Shown here piece by piece: positions 1 through 5,854 of a DNA stretch of 49,844 nucleotides. The position numbers and the translations under genes are program-made. The notes below the pieces were generated by a model. The model was not told the DNA's origin, made no database searches, and saw only the letters and a program-made list of their open reading frames with translations. The stretch is taken from the NCBI GenBank assembly GCA_052034745.1, contig JBPOIF010000009.1, forward strand, positions 1 to 49,844. Reading direction: 5' to 3'. Origin of the DNA: Candidatus Nomurabacteria bacterium (GTDB taxonomy: Bacteria > Patescibacteriota > Minisyncoccia > Phycocordibacterales > UBA9973). Within the stretch, counting starts at the first letter, position 1. Every line of letters begins with the position of its first letter.

Positions 1-125
1 TGGCGCAAAAAGTGCTCGAAGTATCAAAGCGTCCTGAGCTCACCAAACTCGCAAATGACATCATCAAAGCGCAAAATGGCGAGATTGAGATGATGAAACA
101 GTGGCAGTCTCTGTGGTTTAAATAA
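1..125 (+). CDS. DUF305-family protein, C-terminal fragment (5' end outside window)
   Basis: Frame 3 reads ...LANDIIKAQNGEIEMMKQWQSLWFK*. This tail is typical of DUF305. Hairpin terminator follows at 138-164. Confidence 0.55.
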   Translation, partial: AQKVLEVSKRPELTKLANDIIKAQNGEIEMMKQWQSLWFK

Positions 126-137
126 CACCTCTTGAAA

Positions 138-164
138 ACACCCCTCCTTGTGAGGGGTGTTTTA
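138..164 (+). terminator. Rho-independent terminator
   Basis: acacccctc-cttgt-gaggggtgt stem-loop followed by ttt. Confidence 0.7.
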
Positions 165-171
165 CAATTAT

Positions 172-199
172 TTGACAAAAGATGTCAGGCTTGTAGTAT
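172..199 (+). promoter_or_regulatory. sigma70-like promoter TTGACA-N16-TAGTAT
   Basis: TTGACA at 172-177 and TAGTAT at 194-199, 18 nt upstream of the ATG at 218. Confidence 0.5.
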
Positions 200-217
200 C
201 GATAAAAAAGTACACGT

Positions 218-697
218 ATGACAAAGACAAAGAGAATCTCCCGGAAACTCAGGATCCAGGGCAAGAAACATGCCTGTTCAAATCCACCAAAAAATGCAAA
301 ATCAAAATTGCAGTCACCAAAGGATCTCAAAGAGCCCACGAGTATTTCAAAGCTTTTTCCGCCAGACCACAACAAACTGCTTTCGAAGGTACGCATCAGG
401 CCCTGGCAGGTCTTTATTGTAGATATTTCCAATGTGGAAATAAAGATTCTGAAAGGCAAAAAGTTCCCCTTTATTTATTTCGATAAGGTGAGTCGTGTTG
501 CGGTTCAGAGGGTTTTGCAGAAGGGCAAGAAAAAAGGCCTGGACGCAAAAATGGTTCAGTTTGATGCAGGTGTTGGAGCGCCGATGATTCCTGGAAGTTA
601 CGATGTCAAAGGTCTTCAACTCAAGCTGGACGGCAAGCAGGGCGCTTTGATCGTCCTGGGGACTGCGCAGACAGAATGGCAACGGTTGGTTGCCTAA
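218..697 (+). CDS. hypothetical protein, lysine-rich N-terminal half
   Basis: 159-aa ORF bracketed by a consensus-like promoter (172-199) and a hairpin terminator (712-743). No motif recognised. Confidence 0.45.
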   Translation: MTKTKRISRKLRIQGKKHACSNPPKNAKSKLQSPKDLKEPTSISKLFPPDHNKLLSKVRIRPWQVFIVDISNVEIKILKGKKFPFIYFDKVSRVAVQRVLQKGKKKGLDAKMVQFDAGVGAPMIPGSYDVKGLQLKLDGKQGALIVLGTAQTEWQRLVA

Positions 698-711
698 AAA
701 TGAAATAGTAT

Positions 712-743
712 AAAAAGCGATGGCACCTCTATCGCTTTTTTTG
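712..743 (+). terminator. Rho-independent terminator
   Basis: aaaagcgat-loop-atcgctttttt. Confidence 0.65.
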
Positions 744-751
744 TTTCTCAG

Positions 752-795
752 TTGACTTCAATCATAGAAAATGTAGTATCAAGGAAAATTGTAAA
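752..795 (+). promoter_or_regulatory. promoter/leader cassette P0 (TTGACT-N16-TAGTAT + AAGGAAAATTGTAAA leader)
   Basis: -35 at 752-757 and -10 at 774-779. The 15-nt leader 781-795 is identical to 2372-2386. Confidence 0.55.
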
Positions 796-798
796 TAT

Positions 799-1359
799 AT
801 GAAACCAAAGCTTTTTATGGTCCTGGTGGGTTGCAAACCCCAAGGGCGTTTTACTGAACAACATGATATGTTTTTCGGTATCGCTCCAACTCTCAAAGAT
901 CTCCTTCCTGCAATTGGTATGTTTTGGTGGGATGCCGGGCAGATTCATATTGATGTTTGGAGAGAGGTGACCGTCGTTGACGGCAAGGCAATCAACGTTG
1001 TTCCGTTGGAAACCCCGATAGAACCGTTCGAGCAAGAGAAAATCTTTTTTCTCAATCTCGGTGGCTACAAAGAAGGGGACTTCGAGGAATATCATTATAA
1101 AATGCTTTGCCTGGGAAAAGATAAAGGGGAAGCAATCGCAAAAGCGAAAGAAACTGCCTTTTACAAACACACAGGCTTTGCAGGGGCCAATTCGCATATC
1201 GACGACAAGTACGGCGTCGATGTGGATGATATCTATGAGATTTCAGACGTACTTTCGCAATATATGAAAAAGAAGTACCGCATCCAGGTGACAGATGTGA
1301 AGTCAGACGAAAAAGATATCTTTCATGCTGGATATCTGAAACTCAGTAAGATCAAATAA
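799..1359 (+). CDS. DUF1543-like protein (two repeats)
   Basis: MKPKLFMVLVGCKPQGRFTEQHDMFFGI... and ...FFLNLGGYKEGDFEEYHYKM resemble the duplicated LGG...E.HD signature of DUF1543. Own promoter and terminator. Confidence 0.55.
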   Translation: MKPKLFMVLVGCKPQGRFTEQHDMFFGIAPTLKDLLPAIGMFWWDAGQIHIDVWREVTVVDGKAINVVPLETPIEPFEQEKIFFLNLGGYKEGDFEEYHYKMLCLGKDKGEAIAKAKETAFYKHTGFAGANSHIDDKYGVDVDDIYEISDVLSQYMKKKYRIQVTDVKSDEKDIFHAGYLKLSKIK

Positions 1360-1378
1360 CAAAAAACATTCTCACGCA

Positions 1379-1407
1379 GACCCCTCTTGAACACGAGGGG
1401 TCTTTTT
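1379..1407 (+). terminator. Rho-independent terminator
   Basis: gacccctc-ttgaacac-gaggggtc + ttttt. Confidence 0.75.
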
Positions 1408-1411
1408 GCGC

Positions 1412-1452
1412 TTTTTGACAAAAACAGGGGAGGTGGTAGGGTAAAGGAAAAT
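1412..1452 (+). promoter_or_regulatory. promoter/leader cassette P1 (TTGACA-N16-TAGGGT)
   Basis: The 41-bp string tttttgacaaaaacaggggaggtggtagggtaaaggaaaat is identical to 2340-2380. The ATG lies 8 nt downstream. Confidence 0.6.
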
Positions 1453-1459
1453 ATTTGTC

Positions 1460-2299
1460 ATGAAAACATTACAACACGGAGGATATCAAACACAGACTGC
1501 TTTTGATATTAAGCCACACGATTATGCAGCTGCCGGGCACACTGATTATGTGGAACTTTTAGAGATTCTCGATCCTCCAAAGGGAAAAGAGAGATTTGTT
1601 GTCAATCACTATAGTGTCCATTATGGGTATCATTTTTGTGAGACAAGCACGCTCGCTATTGCGAAGAAAGCTTTTGGCGTAGTTGCAAGCGGTCTCGTGG
1701 ATAATGTGCAAAAAGCATGGGAAACGTATGGTATCAACAAGATCTATACCACAAAAAGTACTCTCGTTGAGCCCTGGTTCTATTCCAAGTCAAAACAGTT
1801 CTTTGGAGATGCCGAACAGTTTACTGCAATCAAAAAACTTACTCAATCAGTAAAAACTGTTTCCCAGGGAAAGGAGTATCTCCTTTTTTCTGAGAAACCA
1901 GCTTTTTCGTTTGAAACGGTAGCTGGTATTTATGGTAAGGACTCTGTTGTGTGGGAATCGAGCAGAAGTTCATCTGTCCGTTCTCTCGCAATGATTTCAT
2001 CTTATGCTGACGAATGGAAGGATCCGAAAGCGGTGAGCAAATGGATGAAGTTTCTTTCAACCGGGGAGCAAACAGTGATCGAGATTGAGCTTCCAATTTG
2101 GACCCTTATTTTTGATCTCAGTAACGAGTTCGGAATGATTTATCTGCGACTCGCTATTGAAGAAGAGTTCAAAGGGGTGAAAGTTCAGCAGGACTACTGG
2201 AAGGACAGAAAACAGATTCCAAAAGGGTTGATTTTGGTAAACCAGTATCCTTCAGTAGCGGATTCCATGGTTGACGTAGTAAAGTTCTTCATTTCTTAA
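1460..2299 (+). CDS. hypothetical protein (279 aa)
   Basis: Long ORF with its own promoter cassette P1 and terminator 2312-2344. No motif recognised. Confidence 0.6.
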   Translation: MKTLQHGGYQTQTAFDIKPHDYAAAGHTDYVELLEILDPPKGKERFVVNHYSVHYGYHFCETSTLAIAKKAFGVVASGLVDNVQKAWETYGINKIYTTKSTLVEPWFYSKSKQFFGDAEQFTAIKKLTQSVKTVSQGKEYLLFSEKPAFSFETVAGIYGKDSVVWESSRSSSVRSLAMISSYADEWKDPKAVSKWMKFLSTGEQTVIEIELPIWTLIFDLSNEFGMIYLRLAIEEEFKGVKVQQDYWKDRKQIPKGLILVNQYPSVADSMVDVVKFFIS

Positions 2300-2311
2300 A
2301 TTCAATTTTTA

Positions 2312-2344
2312 AAAGGCGGCTCATTTACTGAGGCGCCTTTTTTT
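2312..2344 (+). terminator. Rho-independent terminator
   Basis: aaaggcg(g)ctca-tttac-tgag(g)cgccttt + T-run. Confidence 0.65.
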
Positions 2345-2380
2345 GACAAAAACAGGGGAGGTGGTAGGGTAAAGGAAAAT
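2340..2380 (+). promoter_or_regulatory. promoter/leader cassette P2 (TTGACA-N16-TAGGGT)
   Basis: 41/41 identical to 1412-1452. -35 at 2343-2348 and -10 at 2365-2370. Confidence 0.6.
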
Positions 2381-2388
2381 TGTAAAAC

Positions 2389-2937
2389 ATGGAAACACAA
2401 CAAAAAACTGCTTATACGCAGGTTATCCCAGACATTCCGGCTTTTTTGAAACAAAGAAAGGAGGAAATAAGCACCTTAAATTCCGAAGCAAAGGCTCTCG
2501 TAGAAAAAATGGAAACTATGGTAAAGGAGCACCGGGTAACCATATTGGTCACCGTTCCTTTTACTGAAGTTTTGACGACTTTTGCAAAACAACAAATGGT
2601 CAACTTCTTTCCAGGATTGTCTCTTCCGGAAGGGGGACTTTTTTTGAAGAAAGTTGATTTTGTTCATGTGGAGCGAGTTTCAAAAGAGAATCTCCGCGCC
2701 CCTTATCAATCGGATATCAGGATCGGCTTTTCTTTTAATGATGAGCGTTTCAATAGTTTCGTAATACTGGAGAAGCTCGGTTTTAATGATGAGGACCAGA
2801 GAGTCGCTGAACAAGTGTCTAGTCTCGGATATGACCCGCACTTTGTATCACCGCAAAAGTATAAAGAAGTGAAAGATATTCTCCGTGAAGTGCGAAGCAA
2901 CCTGCTCGATTTGCAGGAAGCCGTTAAAGAGCAATGA
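2389..2937 (+). CDS. hypothetical protein (182 aa)
   Basis: ORF with promoter cassette P2 and strong terminator 2954-2982. No motif recognised. Confidence 0.6.
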   Translation: METQQKTAYTQVIPDIPAFLKQRKEEISTLNSEAKALVEKMETMVKEHRVTILVTVPFTEVLTTFAKQQMVNFFPGLSLPEGGLFLKKVDFVHVERVSKENLRAPYQSDIRIGFSFNDERFNSFVILEKLGFNDEDQRVAEQVSSLGYDPHFVSPQKYKEVKDILREVRSNLLDLQEAVKEQ

Positions 2938-2953
2938 TCTGAAAAGTAAATTT

Positions 2954-2982
2954 AAAACCCCTGAAATTTCAGGGGTTTTTTT
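2954..2982 (+). terminator. Rho-independent terminator
   Basis: aaaacccctgaaa-tttcaggggttttttt. The T-run runs into the next -35 box. Confidence 0.8.
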
Positions 2983-3008
2983 GACAAAAACAGAGGTCCT
3001 GGTAGGAT
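2978..3008 (+). promoter_or_regulatory. promoter cassette P3 (TTGACA-N16-TAGGAT), diverged copy of P1/P2
   Basis: The first 16 nt, tttttgacaaaaacag, are identical to P1/P2. -35 at 2981-2986 and -10 at 3003-3008. Confidence 0.55.
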
Positions 3009-3023
3009 GGAAAAAAAGAAAAA

Positions 3024-3419
3024 ATGTACTATCAAACAAGCTATTCTCATGGCGAACCCTTTAAAAAGTACTCGACTATGAAAGTAGTTGCGAACTTCAA
3101 TTTTGCTCAGAAGTACTCGATTAGAGTATCACCGTTTACATCCCATGGTTGCAAGCTCAGTCTTTTTGATGAAAAACAGAATGAGATGTTCAAAGGGGAG
3201 TATACGTACATTCAGTATTCTCTGGGTGAGCTTCATACCAAAATGGCTTCTGACGTTGCAGAAAACATGAATATTCTTTTTGAGCTGGAAAATGTATCTG
3301 AGAAAATTCAATCAGAGCAGTTTGAAAAGATAATGCTGGAAGTGTTGACCCATTGTGAGCTTATGGACCAAAGAGAGCTTCTGGTTCATGGGTATGCAGT
3401 AGAGATTGTTTTTGAGTAA
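3024..3419 (+). CDS. hypothetical protein (131 aa)
   Basis: ORF downstream of P3, followed by a 10-bp-stem terminator at 3442-3479. Confidence 0.55.
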   Translation: MYYQTSYSHGEPFKKYSTMKVVANFNFAQKYSIRVSPFTSHGCKLSLFDEKQNEMFKGEYTYIQYSLGELHTKMASDVAENMNILFELENVSEKIQSEQFEKIMLEVLTHCELMDQRELLVHGYAVEIVFE

Positions 3420-3441
3420 GTCGTGAAAAAAATCTAATGAA

Positions 3442-3479
3442 AAAAGGCCAATCGCAATCGCGATTGGCCTTTTGTTTTT
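3442..3479 (+). terminator. Rho-independent terminator
   Basis: ggccaatcgc-aatc-gcgattggcc + ttttgttttt. Confidence 0.8.
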
Positions 3480-3497
3480 CGAGACATGGATGATGTG

Positions 3498-3525
3498 TTG
3501 ACATAGTCGAGACAAGTGCTATTGT
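3498..3525 (+). promoter_or_regulatory. promoter TTGACA-N16-TATTGT
   Basis: TTGACA at 3498-3503 and TATTGT at 3520-3525, upstream of the methyltransferase gene. Confidence 0.5.
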
Positions 3526-3561
3526 AATCAAAAACTATCTTGAACCTTTAAACACATATTT

Positions 3562-4353
3562 ATGGATAAAAACAAAATCTGGAATACACCAGAAGAAATT
3601 GCCTATGCAGTAATGCAGGGATATTCAGTTACAGACAAGGAGACAATCCGGAAGCAGTATCTTGCTCAGGTTGCTCAGTATCCGCTTTATGAAAAATGGT
3701 TTGAAAAAATCGAAGCGATACTCACTTCGCCTCAGATTGTTGTTGAGTACGGGAGCGGCCCCGGCGTTCTTGCTGAACGATTGAAAGACAACAAAAATGT
3801 CCTTTCTTATACGGCTATCGAACCTGGGGAAACGTTTCGTGAGATGACTATAGAGTGTAACCCCAAGGCATTTGTTTTTGATGCAACAGCAGAAACGTAT
3901 GTACTGCCGGGAGGAAACTTTTTTGATTGTGCTATTGCTACAGCAACCTACCACCATTTTCATGATAAGGTAAAGTCGTTGGACAATATCTATCGGAACC
4001 TGAAGATCGGTGGTCAGTTGATCATTGCTGACGGATTTCTTCCTGTGTATGAGTTTGATGAAAACTTCAATCCAACAGACAAAGCAGAATTTGTTGATGC
4101 GGTGATGAAATATGTTTCAGCGCAGATCAAATTGATGCCCAACCCGACAGAAGCCGATATCGAAGACCAGATGAGGACTGCGATACTGGATACGCTTCGT
4201 GTAGAAGAGTTGAAGGTATGTATGCCGATCCTCGAAAAACAGCTTGCGTTGGTCGGTTTCCAGGAGGTGAAGATTGAACTAATGAGGCAGGATGATGAGA
4301 GGGTAAACTACAATCATCTCGGCTGGTATTTTGTAACCGCAAAGAAGTTGTAA
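3562..4353 (+). CDS. class I SAM-dependent methyltransferase
   Basis: Motif I VVEYGSGPGVLAERL and post-motif GGQLIIADGF. 263 aa. Terminator at 4370-4397. Confidence 0.8.
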   Translation: MDKNKIWNTPEEIAYAVMQGYSVTDKETIRKQYLAQVAQYPLYEKWFEKIEAILTSPQIVVEYGSGPGVLAERLKDNKNVLSYTAIEPGETFREMTIECNPKAFVFDATAETYVLPGGNFFDCAIATATYHHFHDKVKSLDNIYRNLKIGGQLIIADGFLPVYEFDENFNPTDKAEFVDAVMKYVSAQIKLMPNPTEADIEDQMRTAILDTLRVEELKVCMPILEKQLALVGFQEVKIELMRQDDERVNYNHLGWYFVTAKKL

Positions 4354-4369
4354 CCGTAAAATGTTTTTG

Positions 4370-4397
4370 AAAGACCTGCTGAGGCAGGTCTTTTTTA
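4370..4397 (+). terminator. Rho-independent terminator
   Basis: gacctgc-tgag-gcaggtc + tttttt. Confidence 0.8.
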
Positions 4398-4616
4398 GTT
4401 TTTGAAACTTTCGGGTTGCCTATTGAATGTGTGATCACGAGTTACTACGGGGACCGTCTTCGACTTATCTCCCTCGAGTCAAAGCACTGTCAGACACAGT
4501 TTTGTGTTGTGTCACGAGTTACTAAGTAAAATTCTTCGCGTTGCTCGAATTGTACTAAGTACTCGCGACCCCGGCTCGGCCTGTCTAAAGACATGACCTG
4601 CGCCTTCACAACGTAA
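4398..4616. other. non-coding, repeat-containing spacer (possible structured RNA or recombination scar)
   Basis: No credible ORF. An 18-bp direct repeat tgtg(a)tcacgagttacta occurs at 4429-4447 and 4508-4524. A 10-bp stem lies at 4525-4563. The spacer is bounded by terminators on both sides. Confidence 0.3.
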
Positions 4617-4648
4617 CAAAAAAGACTGAAGCAGTTCAGTCTTTTTTG
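4617..4648. terminator. bidirectional hairpin terminator (terminates tRNA-Glu on the minus strand)
   Basis: aaaaaagactgaa-gcag-ttcagtctttttt, with A-run and T-run on either side. Confidence 0.7.
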
Positions 4649-4654
4649 TCGTTG

Positions 4655-4726
4655 TGACCCTACGGGGAATCGAACCCCGATTAACGGCTTGAAAAGCCGG
4701 CGTCCTAACCGTTAGACGATAGGGCC
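4655..4726 (-). tRNA. tRNA-Glu (anticodon UUC)
   Basis: The reverse complement is GGCCCTATCGTCTAACGGTTAGGACGCCGGCTTTTCAAGCCGTTAATCGGGGTTCGATTCCCCGTAGGGTCA. It folds as a cloverleaf with loop TT-TTC-AA. CCA is not encoded. Confidence 0.9.
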
Positions 4727-4785
4727 ATGTATTTGTTTATCAAAATGAAACTGACTCAACCGCCAGACCTGCCTGCGCAGGCAGG

Positions 4786-4796
4786 CGATAGGGCCA
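4786..4796 (-). repeat. 11-bp duplicate of the tRNA-Glu 5' end
   Basis: cgatagggcca at 4786-4796 equals 4717-4727. It sits next to a perfect 18-bp palindrome at 4768-4785. Confidence 0.6.
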
Positions 4797-4825
4797 AATT
4801 GAGCAAAAACATTGTAACAATTTTT

Positions 4826-4860
4826 TAGAAAAAATCAAATGGGCCGCGAATGCGGCCCAT
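4826..4860 (-). terminator. Rho-independent terminator of the 4868..5383 gene
   Basis: On the minus strand: atgggccgc-attc-gcggcccat followed by ttgatttttt. Confidence 0.75.
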
Positions 4861-4867
4861 GAGGGGG

Positions 4868-5383
4868 TTAAGAAAGACAAACAATCTTTTGATACGTTAC
4901 CGCATCGGGGATGGGACGTTCTCTTGATGCATAGCTGAACACAATAAAGTATTCAAAATCGAACTGCTCGCTACTGTGGTCAAAGTGGGAATGATGACCA
5001 TCTTTGTCGCAGATCTCTTGAATCATTGCGAGTAACGCATCAGGTCCGAAAATCCAAAGTTTCCCAGGTTGTTTTTGAAGAACATGAGAAGCGATTTCTG
5101 CGTACGTATGAGCGTACTCGATGAGCGCATCTTCTCCTTTTTTCGATGCACTGTGATACTTGTCCTGGTCTACAAAAAGGAAGTGAATCTTTTCTGACCC
5201 GATACACACATCTCCTTTTTCTCCGTACACCTTTATTCTTTGAGCAACAAAGGGGAGCGTAGTGATGACTGCATAGACTGAGGAGGGTCCTACTGAATCT
5301 GAATAGACTTCTAATACTTCCTGCCTTGGATTTACACTAAACAGGCAAATCCTTGATTTTTTAATCCTTTCTAAACGTGACAT
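4868..5383 (-). CDS. hypothetical protein (171 aa from MSRLERIKK...)
   Basis: ORF 4868..5437, with the start placed at the internal ATG 5383. Terminator immediately downstream. No secure motif. Confidence 0.5.
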   Translation of the reverse strand: MSRLERIKKSRICLFSVNPRQEVLEVYSDSVGPSSVYAVITTLPFVAQRIKVYGEKGDVCIGSEKIHFLFVDQDKYHSASKKGEDALIEYAHTYAEIASHVLQKQPGKLWIFGPDALLAMIQEICDKDGHHSHFDHSSEQFDFEYFIVFSYASRERPIPDAVTYQKIVCLS

Positions 5384-5461
5384 TTCGGTTTGGTTTTTTT
5401 GTGAGAACTGGGGTTTTCCAAGAAGTACTTTACACATTTAGTTTCATATTGTCAAATACTG

Positions 5462-5489
5462 TTGATTTCCGGAAGAGATACGGTATGAT
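5462..5489 (+). promoter_or_regulatory. promoter TTGATT-N16-TATGAT for tRNA-Val
   Basis: -35 at 5462-5467 and -10 at 5484-5489. The tRNA starts 14 nt downstream. Confidence 0.55.
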
Positions 5490-5502
5490 GGTCTCTGTGA
5501 GC

Positions 5503-5575
5503 GAGCGATTAGCTCAGCTGGTAGAGCGCTACATTGACATTGTAGAGGCCACAGGTTCAAGTCCTGTATCGCTCA
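5503..5575 (+). tRNA. tRNA-Val (anticodon GAC)
   Basis: GAGCGATTAGCTCAGCTGGTAGAGCGCTACATTGACATTGTAGAGGCCACAGGTTCAAGTCCTGTATCGCTCA. Canonical cloverleaf. No encoded CCA. Confidence 0.92.
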
Positions 5576-5580
5576 CAAGA

Positions 5581-5612
5581 CGAAAATATCCCATCTGCTT
5601 GGGATATTTTCG
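5581..5612 (+). terminator. 13-bp hairpin downstream of tRNA-Val
   Basis: cgaaaatatccca-tctgct-tgggatattttcg. Confidence 0.5.
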
Positions 5613-5749
5613 TACTTGGGAGGGCTGGAGCGTTGATTTTGTTTTCTCTACTAATTTGGCAGAGAAAGGCAAAATCCGCGAGGCGGGGTCGCGCAAAATT
5701 TCCGTCAGGAAATTTATGAGTGACCACAAAGGAGCAACTAGTCGCGCGT

Positions 5750-5761
5750 AAGTCCTGTATC
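5750..5761 (+). repeat. 12-bp duplicate of the tRNA-Val T-arm/acceptor 3' segment
   Basis: aagtcctgtatc at 5750-5761 equals 5559-5570 inside the tRNA. Confidence 0.6.
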
Positions 5762-5771
5762 TGGGCCTGTA

Positions 5772-5799
5772 TTGACGAACCGACGTATTTTCGTAGTAT
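5772..5799 (+). promoter_or_regulatory. promoter TTGACG-N16-TAGTAT
   Basis: -35 at 5772-5777 and -10 at 5794-5799, upstream of the 5855 gene. Confidence 0.5.
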
Positions 5800-5854
5800 A
5801 GAGGGTAAAATCATTGTTTTTTAAAATATTCTTTCACTCAAAAACGCACATTCA

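Noticed and set aside
118-682. Minus-strand ORFs 118..459 and 347..682
   Set aside because: The promoter (172-199) and terminator (712-743) are oriented for the plus-strand ORF 218..697. The minus ORFs would run through the DUF305 terminator.
4617-4648. SRP RNA helix-8-like GAAGCAG motif
   Set aside because: It is a perfect 8-bp hairpin with flanking A and T runs and no SRP internal loops. It is best explained as a bidirectional terminator.
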